From the NCBI GenBank assembly GCA_019456075.1, contig VRUN01000001.1:1561-65560 (forward strand): 64,000 nt of DNA, given 5' to 3'. This DNA is from Candidatus Methylomirabilota bacterium. GTDB lineage: Bacteria > Methylomirabilota > Methylomirabilia > Methylomirabilales > CSP1-5. Position numbers and translations under genes: made by a program. Under the pieces are notes generated by a model that had not been told where the DNA came from, did no database searches, and saw only the letters and a program-made list of their open reading frames with translations. Shown one piece after another: positions 53,741-63,484 of this stretch (positions are counted from its first letter, which is position 1; each line of letters opens with the position of its first letter).

Positions 53741-54637
53741 TCACTTCTCTTTCGGTTCAAAGACGAGAAACTTTGGGCCGAGCCACTCCCTCTTCTGAAA
53801 AGTTGCTTCCGAGATCACGATGAGATAGCCGTCTTTAAGGAGAGTCTGTATGCCCTTCTTCGTACTCCCTGGAATGTCGAAGCGATCCAAGTCTTCCTTG
53901 CCGACCAGGATTTCTATTGGATATTCCCGATACCAACCAGCCGCAAGCCATTTATTGACATATAACTCATATACGATCTCATCAATATTAAATCTCTTCT
54001 CATAGGGCAGTAACATGGATTCGCCGCCAACCACCCCCTCCTTTTTTTCAAGGGCGCCAATCTCTTGCTTGGCCTTGTCCGCATAGGGGTGCAGAGGATA
54101 CCTGTTAATAAACCTTTGATACTCGCTGATCAGAGCGAGGCGACCGTCTTCACCCATACCACCCTCTGAAAACGCAGCGTAGTCGTATTCGATTAACTCG
54201 AAAAGCAGAGTGCCCGTGTATTCACTGCGGGGAAACCGGGCTTTGAGTTCCTCGTAGCGCTTGCGTGTAGGAATATATTCACCTCCGAACACTTCATCGT
54301 AGGTGAGGTATGCTGGATGATTCTGGGCATACCGGTAATACTTGTGCTGTGGACTCGCAGGGTCTCTCGAAGTCGGATCTGCCAGGCGTCCAACCGCTTT
54401 CTCATTTTTCCAGAGCCAATAGATGACTTCAGCGGTTCTGGGCTCGAATGTCTCGAGGATCTCCACGGACGAAATATAGTCTGCTTCTTCATACAATTCC
54501 TTGGCCACGACTAATGGTCCCTCGTCCTCGGACGACGCCGCAACGCTAGAGACGGTAACTCCGAGAATGAGGATCAGTATGAGCGCAGCCTTACCTCTTC
54601 TTGTGTATCCGTTCACCTTACCCATGCGTATTGTCAC
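53741..54637 (-). CDS. Hypothetical secreted protein (ORFan) in the lower-GC island
   Basis: 298 aa with hydrophobic leader AALILILILGVTVSSVAASS. No family recognised. Low GC (the 60-nt line at 53941 has 19 G+C). Confidence 0.55.
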   Translation of the reverse strand: MTIRMGKVNGYTRRGKAALILILILGVTVSSVAASSEDEGPLVVAKELYEEADYISSVEILETFEPRTAEVIYWLWKNEKAVGRLADPTSRDPASPQHKYYRYAQNHPAYLTYDEVFGGEYIPTRKRYEELKARFPRSEYTGTLLFELIEYDYAAFSEGGMGEDGRLALISEYQRFINRYPLHPYADKAKQEIGALEKKEGVVGGESMLLPYEKRFNIDEIVYELYVNKWLAAGWYREYPIEILVGKEDLDRFDIPGSTKKGIQTLLKDGYLIVISEATFQKREWLGPKFLVFEPKEK

Positions 54638-54670
54638 GTTCTCAACAATTCAGAGGATCACGTTGAAGGA

Positions 54671-55663
54671 CTATTGTAGCAGGGCTTGCATTTCCCTGGG
54701 CGTCATCAGGAAGTTTAGGCCGCGGCTACGGTCACGGACCGCCGTAATGAGTTCCTTAGAATCCTTCTGGCTCAGGTCTCGAAAATGCATCAGGTATACT
54801 TTCCTCGTCCCGTCCTTGTTCGAAAGCACCAATCCGACCCGGCTCTTGACGCCTGCGGCCTCCCCGTGGCGAGACGACTCCATCTTCCTCAGCTTCTTGA
54901 GGTTAATCTTGGTCACCAGGAAAGGACTTCCCTCCGATGCATCAAGGGTGGAGAACTCGTCCCGAATCCTCTCCAGGTCTCGCGCATCGACGGGATACGA
55001 ATTTAGTTTTTCCTGGATGGTCTCGAAGGTGAGGCGCTCGTCTTTCTCCAGCGCCTCGCAGATCTCTCTCGTCGTCCTCTGGGAAACTCCATTCCGCTCA
55101 CACACGTCCTCCACTTCGAGTATGACGCCCGTCGCGGTTGTATCATTCAATGTCTTCTGCGTGCTCCGCTCGAACTCCTCGAGCACGCTTTCAGGAACCC
55201 GGTACTTGGCCAGGAGATTGCCCTTCCGATAATCGCGCTCGGTCGCGGGCACGTTGTATGGTTTCAGCTTTTTGAGCAGCTTCATCAACAGATGCGCCTC
55301 CGTGTCCACGTAGAAGCAATAATCAACATCTGCAAAGCTAATCTCCCGGCGCCCGCGTGACCTAACCGAGGGGTCCGAGGCACGGTCGATCACGACAAGC
55401 CGGTCCGCAAAAATCTGGTACTGAACGGAAAAGTGGTAGACGGAGCGAAAGAGGATGGGTAGGCCAGGAAAAACGGCCAGAATGATGAGGGGCAGGACAA
55501 TCACGACTGGATTTCCGAGGACCACCCCGGCTCCAGCTACGCTCAGCCCGACCACCAGCGGGTATATGACCATCTTCTTATTGTCGGGCAGCATCGCCGG
55601 CCTCAGCGTCAGCACGCAAACAGCTCCTTTCACCACACTGTTCTCTGTCCTCAACTCCTGCAA
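54671..55663 (-). CDS. Hypothetical membrane protein (two TM + possible bacterial PH-like domain) in the lower-GC island
   Basis: IYPLVVGLSVAGAGVVLGNPVVIVLPLIILAVFPGLPILF, then YQIFADRLVVIDRAS...REISFADV (bPH/DUF304-like pattern). The rest is unrecognised. Confidence 0.5.
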   Translation of the reverse strand: MQELRTENSVVKGAVCVLTLRPAMLPDNKKMVIYPLVVGLSVAGAGVVLGNPVVIVLPLIILAVFPGLPILFRSVYHFSVQYQIFADRLVVIDRASDPSVRSRGRREISFADVDYCFYVDTEAHLLMKLLKKLKPYNVPATERDYRKGNLLAKYRVPESVLEEFERSTQKTLNDTTATGVILEVEDVCERNGVSQRTTREICEALEKDERLTFETIQEKLNSYPVDARDLERIRDEFSTLDASEGSPFLVTKINLKKLRKMESSRHGEAAGVKSRVGLVLSNKDGTRKVYLMHFRDLSQKDSKELITAVRDRSRGLNFLMTPREMQALLQ

Positions 55664-55742
55664 TTTCCGGACCCCAAGCGTTCCCTGCCATCTCCCGCCG
55701 GAACAAGTGCACTGACAAGGGGGTGGGATGTCGATTATCTGG

Positions 55743-56627
55743 TTATCTGGTGGACGGCTTGGCCGGGGACTCGGTGCGGGGACGGCCCATGGACGAGCGC
55801 ACCTGATCCAGGAGGCGCCTGGCCGTCAAGGCATATTCATTGTCGGGGGGTGTGGTCTTGATGAGGTGCTCCCAAACCTTGACTCCCTTCCGCGGCTGGA
55901 CCTTGCCCTGGAACAAGACCAGCCCCTTCTCGAAAAGGGCCTTTGGGTGATCGGGTTGAATGGTCAAGGCCCGATCGAAAGCCAAGATGGCTTCATCGTG
56001 ATGCTGCCCGCGGGCCAGCAGCACCCCAATCTGGGTCAGGGCTTCCACGTTCCGCTGGTCTTCGTCCAAGACCCTTCTGTATCCCTCCAAGGCCCCACGC
56101 AAGTCTCCCCGATTGAACGCCGCGTTGGCCTCCTCGAGGGGAGAGAGAGTCGGCGTCAGGGAATTCGCGAGAAATAACCCTAAGCCTGTACCAACGACAA
56201 GGATGAGGAGAGCTGGGATGATCAGGCCAATGCGATGCGACAGGGGAGCGGTCGAAGGCGCGGCCTTCGTTGCGATAGGCCTGCGCACTTCCCTGACCTG
56301 GCGTTCCTCTTCCTGAAGCAGAGCTGCTGCCTGCATCTCGTACGTGGTCCGGATCTTCTCATGTTCTTCCTGCGAGACGGTGCCCGAATCACGCTCCAAG
56401 TCGAGCTCCCGGACCGCGTCGTAAAGCTTCTCCCGCCGTATCCTCAGATCCTCAGACCCCTCATCCGTTTCAGGCTCTACAGATCGATCCCTCTGGCGAA
56501 CAAAGGGGTAGGCGACCGCGAAGATCGCCACGGCAATGATGACGAGAGTAACGAACGTAATCACGGCAGCTCTAGCGTTGATCCTCGGCGAGCTCGCGGC
56601 GGACCCGATCGAGATGGGCGGGGTCAA
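55743..56627 (-). CDS. ccmI: Cytochrome c biogenesis TPR protein (CcmI/CycH/NrfG-like)
   Basis: N-terminal TM segments plus TPR repeats (AAFNRGDLRGALEGYRRVLDEDQRNVEALTQIGVLLARGQHHDEAILAFDRALTIQPDHPKAL). Alternative GTG start at 56564, 7 nt after the ccmH stop. Confidence 0.7.
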   Translation of the reverse strand: MTPPISIGSAASSPRINARAAVITFVTLVIIAVAIFAVAYPFVRQRDRSVEPETDEGSEDLRIRREKLYDAVRELDLERDSGTVSQEEHEKIRTTYEMQAAALLQEEERQVREVRRPIATKAAPSTAPLSHRIGLIIPALLILVVGTGLGLFLANSLTPTLSPLEEANAAFNRGDLRGALEGYRRVLDEDQRNVEALTQIGVLLARGQHHDEAILAFDRALTIQPDHPKALFEKGLVLFQGKVQPRKGVKVWEHLIKTTPPDNEYALTARRLLDQVRSSMGRPRTESPAKPSTR

Positions 56628-57081
56628 TCGTCAGCGAAGCGTCCGCGGTCGGCTGCCTCTTCCACCGCCTCACCACGATCACAAGAGCCATCGCCCCAGC
56701 CCCGAGGCCAAGGAAAGGAAGGACCCACACCAGCAGATTGAACCCCTCCCGCTTGGGAGCGAGCAGGATCCATTCTCCATAGCGCTCCACGAAGTACGCC
56801 TTGACGGCCTCAGGACTCTCCCCGGCGCTCAGCCGCTCCCGGATCAGGTCCCGCATCTGGTTCGCCATCTGGGAGGGCGAGTCGGCCACCGAGAGACCCT
56901 GGCAGACCGGGCAGCGGAGCTCGCTGGTGATCTGTTGAACCTGCTGCTCCACCGAAGAGGCGCTGAGCGGCAGGGCAACGACTATCGCAAGCACAAAAAC
57001 CACCAGGGGCGTTCCTCTGCTGCCGCGCACCCTGGTCCGTTCAGACCGCTCAACTGGCCGTCGTCTAAGTTTTCCGTTCAT
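56572..57081 (-). CDS. ccmH: Cytochrome c-type biogenesis protein CcmH
   Basis: ITSELRCPVCQGLSVADSPSQMANQMRDLIRERLSAGESPEAVKAYFVERYGEWILL. Confidence 0.88.
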   Translation of the reverse strand: MNGKLRRRPVERSERTRVRGSRGTPLVVFVLAIVVALPLSASSVEQQVQQITSELRCPVCQGLSVADSPSQMANQMRDLIRERLSAGESPEAVKAYFVERYGEWILLAPKREGFNLLVWVLPFLGLGAGAMALVIVVRRWKRQPTADASLTIDPAHLDRVRRELAEDQR

Positions 57082-57637
57082 GCCCCTTTCTCCGGTCCTC
57101 CATCCGCGGTGCTTCGCCCAAAAGCCTGTTGATGTGTTCCGAAAGGGTCTCCGCGGTCACGGCACCGATATGCTTGTAGGCGATCCGTCCCTCCTTATCC
57201 AGGATAAAGGTCTCGGGAATGCCGTAGACCCCGTAATCGATGGAGATCTTCCCCCTCGGATCAGGGCCGTTCGGAAAGGAAAACTCAAAGCGCCGCATGA
57301 ACTCCCGAGCCGCCTCTTCTGTATCTTGGACGTTTACCCCGACGATCACGACATCCGAATCGCGGTAGGCGCGCCACGCCGCTTCCAGAACAGGAGCCTC
57401 CTCGTAACAGGCCGGAACGCACCAGGAAGCCCAAAAATTCACTACGACCACCTTCCCCCGAAGCTTCTCGAGACTGAGATGCTCGCCATCGAAGAGGGTC
57501 AGGGCGAATGGTGGTGCCTCCTTCTCGATCAACGGGGAGGGAACCTGCCTGGGGTCGGTCCGGAATCCGTAAGCCAGGAGGAAAAGCACGGGGAGGACCG
57601 AAAGGGGAACGAGGAGCTTTTTCCAGGTCAGGGTCAC
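57065..57637 (-). CDS. ccmG: Thiol:disulfide oxidoreductase CcmG/DsbE (atypical CVPAC motif)
   Basis: GKVVVVNFWASWCVPACYEEAPVLE thioredoxin-fold TlpA/CcmG pattern. GTG 57637 overlaps the ccmF stop (GTGA), preceded by GAGGGGGGAG. Confidence 0.85.
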   Translation of the reverse strand: MTLTWKKLLVPLSVLPVLFLLAYGFRTDPRQVPSPLIEKEAPPFALTLFDGEHLSLEKLRGKVVVVNFWASWCVPACYEEAPVLEAAWRAYRDSDVVIVGVNVQDTEEAAREFMRRFEFSFPNGPDPRGKISIDYGVYGIPETFILDKEGRIAYKHIGAVTAETLSEHINRLLGEAPRMEDRRKGHERKT

Positions 57638-59604
57638 GATCGCTCCCCCCTCACTGCGGCGGAGCGGAATCGCGCAGGCCACAGGGCAAGAAGTGTCCCG
57701 AGCACCATGATCGCCCCACCCATCCAGATCCACGAGACCATCGGATTCACCATGACCTTGATCACGGCCCAGTTCCCTTCCCGATCAAAGCTCCCCAGGA
57801 TGACGTAGAGATCCTCCCAAAAGCCGATCCAGTAATCCACCTCGGCGATGGGTTCCTGCTGCCTGGGATAAAACCGAAGGGCGGGCGTCATCTGCCCCGC
57901 CTCGTGCCGGTCATTGAAGACGGTGAAGATCCCCTGCACTTTCACGTGGGTCGGACCCCGGCTGCCCGTGATCCCGTCGAAGCGTACCCGGTAGCTCCCC
58001 GCCTCAAGCGCTTCGCCTTTTTTGAGCATTTGCTCTCGTTGCACCTGAAAGGTCGAGGAAGAGGCGATCCCGATGGCCAGCAATGCAACCCCCAGATGGA
58101 CGACCAGCCCCCCGTACCGGCGCCGGTTTCTGGCAAAGAGCTGCCCCAGGGCCCGGAGCGGCCCCTCGCCAGCGGTCTTCCGTCTGGCCCGGATCCCCCG
58201 GTAATACTCCTGCACCGCTATGGCCGCGACGAAGACCGCCACGGCATAGGTCGCCACGACCGAGGGGCCTCGAATGCCCAAAACAAATGCGGTGGCTCCC
58301 GCGGCAAGCCCCACAACACCCGGCCCTAGCAGGTTGCGTCCCAGGCCACCCCAAGACCCTCCCCGCCAAGGAATCACCGGTCCCACCCCCATGAGAAAGA
58401 GAAGCCCCAATGCAATGGGGCCTGCCACATAGTTGAAGTAGGGCGCACCCACGCTCACTTTGACCCCACGGACGGCCTCAGCCAGGAGGGGAAAGATGGT
58501 TCCGAGAAACAAGGTAAAACAGAAAGTGATCAGGAGGAGGTTGTTAAAAAGGAAGGCGCTCTCCCGGGAGAGGACCGAGTCAACCGTCCCTTCCGTCTTC
58601 AGCTGGTCCGCCCGCAGGGTGAGCAGCGTCACCGTCGAAAGCAGAATCACCGCCAGAAGGGCGAGAAAGAAATACCCAACGGCCCCCTGCGTGAAGGCGT
58701 GGACCGAGGTCAGGATGCCGCTGCGTGTGAGAAACGTGCCGAAGATAACCAGGGCGAAGGTGAGCGAGATCAGCGCCAGGTTCCAGACCTTGAGCATCCC
58801 CCGCTTCTCTTGCGTCATCACCGAATGAATGTAGGCCGTCCCGGCGAGCCACGGCATGAACGACGCATTCTCCACCGGATCCCAGGCCCAATACCCTCCC
58901 CATCCCAACACATGATACGACCACCAGCCGCCGTAGATGATCCCGGCCGTCAGGAACATCCACGCGGTGACCGCCCACCTTCTAGTGATGTAAAGCCACT
59001 CGGCGCTCAGCCGCCCGGTGATGAGCGCGGCCATGGCAAAGGCGTACGGAACGGTGAAGCCGACATAGCCGGAGTAGAGCAAGAGGGGATGGACCAGCAT
59101 GCTGGTATCTTCCAAGAGGGGGTTCAGTCCCCGCCCCTCGAGAGGGACCGGGAAGTGCTGCGTAAAGGGATTGGCCGGAATCAGCATGACCAGAACGAAG
59201 AAGGCGGATATGCCCATCAGAACGGCAATCACGTAGGGGAGAAAAGCGAGGTGCTTCCGCCAATACAGGAGGACCACCAGCGCCGCCAGTACCGCCTGCA
59301 TCCAGGCCCAGAGCAGCAGGGAGCCCTCTAGGGCGCCCCAGAGGCCGGCGATCTTGTACCACACCGGGTAATTCCGACTGCTGTTAAACACCACGTATTG
59401 GATGCTGAAGTCCGAAGTGATCAGCGCGTATTCCAAGCTGAGCAGCGCCATGGTCACCAGAGCACAGTGGACCAGGACCCCATTGTAGGCGCTGTCGAGG
59501 AGGGCGGGGCGGCCTTGCCGGTGGCCGACGATCGCCGCCACCGCTCCATACACCGCAACGACAAGTGCAATCCAGAGTGCAATATTTCCCAGGTCTGCTG
59601 TCAC
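57634..59604 (-). CDS. ccmF: Cytochrome c heme lyase subunit CcmF
   Basis: About 15 TM segments. W-rich motif WGGYWAWDPVENASFMPWL. GTG 59604 chosen (656 aa); the ORF-track start 59727 overlaps ccmE. Confidence 0.93.
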   Translation of the reverse strand: MTADLGNIALWIALVVAVYGAVAAIVGHRQGRPALLDSAYNGVLVHCALVTMALLSLEYALITSDFSIQYVVFNSSRNYPVWYKIAGLWGALEGSLLLWAWMQAVLAALVVLLYWRKHLAFLPYVIAVLMGISAFFVLVMLIPANPFTQHFPVPLEGRGLNPLLEDTSMLVHPLLLYSGYVGFTVPYAFAMAALITGRLSAEWLYITRRWAVTAWMFLTAGIIYGGWWSYHVLGWGGYWAWDPVENASFMPWLAGTAYIHSVMTQEKRGMLKVWNLALISLTFALVIFGTFLTRSGILTSVHAFTQGAVGYFFLALLAVILLSTVTLLTLRADQLKTEGTVDSVLSRESAFLFNNLLLITFCFTLFLGTIFPLLAEAVRGVKVSVGAPYFNYVAGPIALGLLFLMGVGPVIPWRGGSWGGLGRNLLGPGVVGLAAGATAFVLGIRGPSVVATYAVAVFVAAIAVQEYYRGIRARRKTAGEGPLRALGQLFARNRRRYGGLVVHLGVALLAIGIASSSTFQVQREQMLKKGEALEAGSYRVRFDGITGSRGPTHVKVQGIFTVFNDRHEAGQMTPALRFYPRQQEPIAEVDYWIGFWEDLYVILGSFDREGNWAVIKVMVNPMVSWIWMGGAIMVLGTLLALWPARFRSAAVRGERS

Positions 59605-59650
59605 CGCTCTCTCCGATGACCGAGATCCGACGTCCGACGCCCGTTCACCT

Positions 59651-60094
59651 TCACTGCTCCTTGATGAGCGACCGGTAGAGCTCCTCCGATTTGGGCCGAG
59701 TGCCAGCGGGGGCACGGTACTCTTCATTGTGTTTGGCCATGATCAGGTCGGCCTGGAATACCCCATTGGCCACCATCTGACCCTCTACAATCGCCCCCGC
59801 CCCCTCTTTGAAGAGATCCGGTGGGATCCCCTTGAACTGTACGGGGATCATCGCTGTTCCATCCGTGAGCTGAAATTCGTAGTTCAACGTCTCGGGCTCG
59901 TAATTCAGGGACCCCTCGACCACCAACCCCCCCAGTCGGATCCGCCGACCTGGCCGCCCGATCTCCTCGGCCTGCAGCTCGCTCGGCGTGTAAAAGTAGA
60001 TCAGGGCCTCCTGGGTTCCGGTCCACACCAGGTAGGCGACCGCTGCAAGGATGATCAAGCCTCCGATCAGGACTCGCCGATTCGCACTTCTCAT
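59651..60094 (-). CDS. ccmE: Heme chaperone CcmE
   Basis: MRSANRRVLIGGLIILAAVAYLVW membrane anchor. OB fold. C-terminal LIMAKHNEEY (HxxxY heme-binding motif). Confidence 0.9.
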   Translation of the reverse strand: MRSANRRVLIGGLIILAAVAYLVWTGTQEALIYFYTPSELQAEEIGRPGRRIRLGGLVVEGSLNYEPETLNYEFQLTDGTAMIPVQFKGIPPDLFKEGAGAIVEGQMVANGVFQADLIMAKHNEEYRAPAGTRPKSEELYRSLIKEQ

Positions 60095-60237
60095 GTGATC
60101 GCCTCGACCCGGCCCGCCGCCTCGGTCTCGAGACGCGCTCGGCGTTTCCGGATGCGCACGCCCAGACACAACCCGTACCCCACGAGCGTGAGGGCCGCGA
60201 GACCGTAAGCCAAACCGATGTATCCCCAGGGTCCCAT
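60091..60237 (-). CDS. ccmD: Heme exporter protein CcmD (48 aa; not in ORF track)
   Basis: MGPWGYIGLAYGLAALTLVGYGLCLGVRIRKRRARLETEAAGRVEAIT. The ATG abuts the ccmC stop (TAAATG) and the stop overlaps the ccmE ATG (ATGA). Confidence 0.6.
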   Translation of the reverse strand: MGPWGYIGLAYGLAALTLVGYGLCLGVRIRKRRARLETEAAGRVEAIT

Positions 60238-60918
60238 TTATCCTTCGAGTGCCCGGGCTTCCACGGCCTCGTCGAGAGCCGCGAGGCGCACGCGCCGGAC
60301 CAAAAAGTACGCATACAGCACTAGGAAGGCTATCAGATTCACGTATAGCGGAAACACCAGTGCCGCATCGATCGTCCCCCGCTGCAGCGTCGAGGGCTGG
60401 TGCAGCGTCCGGAACCACTTGACCGCCATATGGGTAAAAATGATGTTAAAGAACCCCACAATACCTACGACCGCCGCATAGCGGCCCGCCCGCTCCCGAT
60501 CATCCACGGCTGAGCGAAGCATCAGATAGCCCACGTAAACCAAGAAGAGGACCGCGGTCCCCGTCAAACGAGCATCCCAGGTCCACCACACTCCCCACGT
60601 CGGTTTGCCCCAAATGGCACCGGTGAAAAGGGTGATCGCGGTAAAGACGACGCCGACCTCGGCCGAGGCGTGGGCGAGGCGATCCCATCCCCGTGTTCCT
60701 CGGAGGAGGAAGGCGACGCTGGCGAAGAGCACGACCGTAAAGGCTACGTAGGCTGCCAGGATACTCGGCACGTGCACGTACATGATCCGCTGGACCTCAC
60801 CCTGAACGGCATCGGGCGGGGCGTTAATCAGCCCCGTCCAGAGACCGAGGACCATTAGCACCCCCGCACCCAGACCGAGCAGTCCTGCGAGGCGATTCAC
60901 CTCAATCCTCCATGACAA
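60238..60918 (-). CDS. ccmC: Heme exporter protein CcmC
   Basis: W-rich motif WGKPTWGVWWTWDARLT; 6 TM. Confidence 0.93.
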   Translation of the reverse strand: MSWRIEVNRLAGLLGLGAGVLMVLGLWTGLINAPPDAVQGEVQRIMYVHVPSILAAYVAFTVVLFASVAFLLRGTRGWDRLAHASAEVGVVFTAITLFTGAIWGKPTWGVWWTWDARLTGTAVLFLVYVGYLMLRSAVDDRERAGRYAAVVGIVGFFNIIFTHMAVKWFRTLHQPSTLQRGTIDAALVFPLYVNLIAFLVLYAYFLVRRVRLAALDEAVEARALEG

Positions 60919-61579
60919 AGGGGAAGGTCAGATACCCCAGGACGAGAAAGACGAGATCAAACACCACCAGAAAGCGGAGCCAATGCGGTTCGGCGCTCAG
61001 ACCCTCTCCGGCCAGGGCAAGGCCCGTCAGCTGGCTCGCGGCAAGCAGAACCGGGATCACAAGCGGAAAGAGGAGCAAGGGCAACATGACCTCACGCGCC
61101 TTCAGCTGCGCAGTGATCGCAGAGAAGAGGGTACCGAGTGCGACAAAGCCGACTGTCCCCAAAATCAGGACCACGACCAGGCGGCCCAAGGCGGCCCACA
61201 GGTCGAGATGAAAGAAGATGCCGAACATGGCGAGGATCGCCAGTTCGGTCGCCAGCATGAGACAGCATCCGACGAGGACTTTCCCGAGATAGATCCCGCC
61301 CAAATCCCCGGGGACGAGCCGGAGGGACTCCAGACAATCATTGTCCCGTTCGATCTGGAACGTGCGGGCCATCCCCCACAGCCCGGTCAGAATGAAGGCC
61401 AACCAAAGCAACCCTGGCGCCGCCTGCCGCACCTGGACCTCGGAGGAGCCGAGAGCAAATCGAAACAGGAAAACGATGAGCACGCTGAAGAAGAGCAGCG
61501 TGTTGAGTCCCTCGCGGCTCCGTGCCTCGATGCGAAGGTCCTTGCGCAGGATGTGTCCCGCGAGCGTCAAGAAGTTCAC
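60902..61579 (-). CDS. ccmB: Heme exporter permease CcmB
   Basis: 225 aa, 6 TM, typical N-terminus ...ILRKDLRIEARSREGLNTLLFF. Confidence 0.9.
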   Translation of the reverse strand: MNFLTLAGHILRKDLRIEARSREGLNTLLFFSVLIVFLFRFALGSSEVQVRQAAPGLLWLAFILTGLWGMARTFQIERDNDCLESLRLVPGDLGGIYLGKVLVGCCLMLATELAILAMFGIFFHLDLWAALGRLVVVLILGTVGFVALGTLFSAITAQLKAREVMLPLLLFPLVIPVLLAASQLTGLALAGEGLSAEPHWLRFLVVFDLVFLVLGYLTFPFVMED

Positions 61580-62310
61580 CGGCCTCCCCCTTCGGCCCGC
61601 AGGGCGTAGAGCTCCTGAAAGGTCTGGAGCGTCATCGCCCCGGACGGCTCGTCCAGAATGAGCCTCCCGCGGGCCAGGATGCCCAGCCGGGTTGCCAGCT
61701 TGAACCCGTCGAGGAAGTTGTGCGTCGCCATCACCGTCATGCCTCCCCGGTCTTGATGCTCCTGGAGGATCGCCTCGAACACCTTACTGCCCTCACGATC
61801 GAGGTTCGTGTACGGCTCGTCCAACAACCACAAGTCTCCGCTTCCAACGAGCAGGCGCGCCAGAGTGATCCGTCGCTTCATCCCGCTCGACAGCGTGCGG
61901 ACCCGCTCATCGGCGACTTCACTGAGCCCCATCCGCTCGAGCGCCGCCGCGATGACGCCCGCCTCTGGCCGGCCGCCCCGCATGGCCGCGGCCAAGGCCA
62001 GATTTTCGCGGGGTGTGAGGTCCTCGTACAGATAGCTCCCGTGCGCCAGGAGCTCGATGAAACGCCGAATGCGGTCGCGATCCCGCACGAGGTCGGCTCC
62101 GTTGACCGCCCCACCTCCCCGGGTCGGTCTGAGCAGCGTCGCGAGGACCTTGAGAAGGGTCGTCTTCCCCGATCCGTTCGGCCCGAAGAGGACCAGTGTT
62201 TCTCCCGGTCCCAGGTCCAGGTCGACCCCCCGCAGAGCCCACGTCTCCCGAAAGGCCTTGCTGAGCCCGCGGACCCTGAGGCCGACCGCTGGTCTCACGC
62301 CATCCACCAC
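61576..62310 (-). CDS. ccmA: Heme exporter ATPase CcmA
   Basis: GPNGSGKTTLLKVLA (Walker A), LSSGMKRRITLARLL (signature), LWLLDEPYTNLD (Walker B). 4-nt overlap with ccmB. Confidence 0.9.
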   Translation of the reverse strand: MVDGVRPAVGLRVRGLSKAFRETWALRGVDLDLGPGETLVLFGPNGSGKTTLLKVLATLLRPTRGGGAVNGADLVRDRDRIRRFIELLAHGSYLYEDLTPRENLALAAAMRGGRPEAGVIAAALERMGLSEVADERVRTLSSGMKRRITLARLLVGSGDLWLLDEPYTNLDREGSKVFEAILQEHQDRGGMTVMATHNFLDGFKLATRLGILARGRLILDEPSGAMTLQTFQELYALRAEGGGR

Positions 62311-62311
62311 C

Positions 62312-63484
62312 TTACCGGTCTGCCTCCCCCATCACGAAATCGATGCTGCCGATGATCGCGATAACATCGGCAATCATGTGCCCCTCGATCATACTGGGTA
62401 GGACTTGGATATTGACGAGCGACGGGGGACGGAGCTTGACCCGCCAGGGTTTGTTCGTCCCATCGCTCACCACGTAGAACCCCATCTCCCCCTTGGGACC
62501 CTCCACCGGGACGTACGCTTCCCCCGGCGGGACATCGAAGCCGTGAGAGTACAGAAGGAAATGATGGATCAAGGCCTCCATGCTTTTTCGGACCACGTGC
62601 TTGGGCGACGGGACAACCTTTGGGTTGTCGATATTGACCGGTCCGCCTGGCATCTCTTTCAGGGCCTGCTCCGCAATCTTGAGTGACTGCCGCATCTCGA
62701 AGACCCGCACCACATACCGGTCGTAGCTATCGCCGGCCTGGCCCAGGGCGATCGTGAAATCGAACTGTTCATAGCCGGAATACGGATGGGACTCCCGCAA
62801 GTCCCACGGGACACCACAGGCCCTCAGATTGGGGCCAGAGAGTCCCCAGTCAATGGCGTCCTCGGCCTTGATGATTCCAATCCCCTTCAGGCGCTGGAGC
62901 CAGAGGGGGTTCCGAGTCAGGAGATCCTCGTACTCATCAAAGCGATGAGGAAACTCCCTGAGGATCTGCTGCACCGCATGGTCGAAGCCCTCCGGGAGAT
63001 CGGCCATCAGTCCTCCCACCCGGAAGTAGCTCGACATCATCCGGGCCCCACTCACCATCTCGTATAGATCGAGGATCTTCTCTCGCTCCCGGAAGCAGTA
63101 AAGAAAGACGCTCTGGGCCCCGATTTCGAGCGCCATGGTCCCCAGGGCCACGAGATGGCTCTTGATCCGCGTCAGTTCCGCGAAGAGAACCCGGATGATC
63201 TTGGCCCGTGAGGGGACCTCGATCCCCAAGAGCTTTTCCACACTCAACACAAAGGCCAAGTTGTTCGACATGGGGGCCAGGTAATCGAAGCGGTCCGTGA
63301 CCGTGAGGGCCTGCTGATACCGCTTCGACTCCATGATCTTCTCCATGCCGGTATGGAGATAGCCGATGTGCGGGGTGACTTTGACGACCACCTCCCCATC
63401 AAGCTCAAGCACGAGCCGCAACACTCCATGGGTCGAGGGGTGCTGCGGGCCCATGTTGATCGTCATGGTCTTCGTCTGGGGCAT
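62312..63484 (-). CDS. nuoD: NADH-quinone oxidoreductase subunit D (orphan copy, no adjacent nuo genes)
   Basis: MTINMGPQHPSTHGVLRLVLELDGEVVVKVTPHIGYLHTGMEKIME... full-length 49-kDa subunit. ATG 63484 chosen. The stop lies 1 nt before the ccmA start. Confidence 0.9.
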   Translation of the reverse strand: MPQTKTMTINMGPQHPSTHGVLRLVLELDGEVVVKVTPHIGYLHTGMEKIMESKRYQQALTVTDRFDYLAPMSNNLAFVLSVEKLLGIEVPSRAKIIRVLFAELTRIKSHLVALGTMALEIGAQSVFLYCFREREKILDLYEMVSGARMMSSYFRVGGLMADLPEGFDHAVQQILREFPHRFDEYEDLLTRNPLWLQRLKGIGIIKAEDAIDWGLSGPNLRACGVPWDLRESHPYSGYEQFDFTIALGQAGDSYDRYVVRVFEMRQSLKIAEQALKEMPGGPVNIDNPKVVPSPKHVVRKSMEALIHHFLLYSHGFDVPPGEAYVPVEGPKGEMGFYVVSDGTNKPWRVKLRPPSLVNIQVLPSMIEGHMIADVIAIIGSIDFVMGEADR

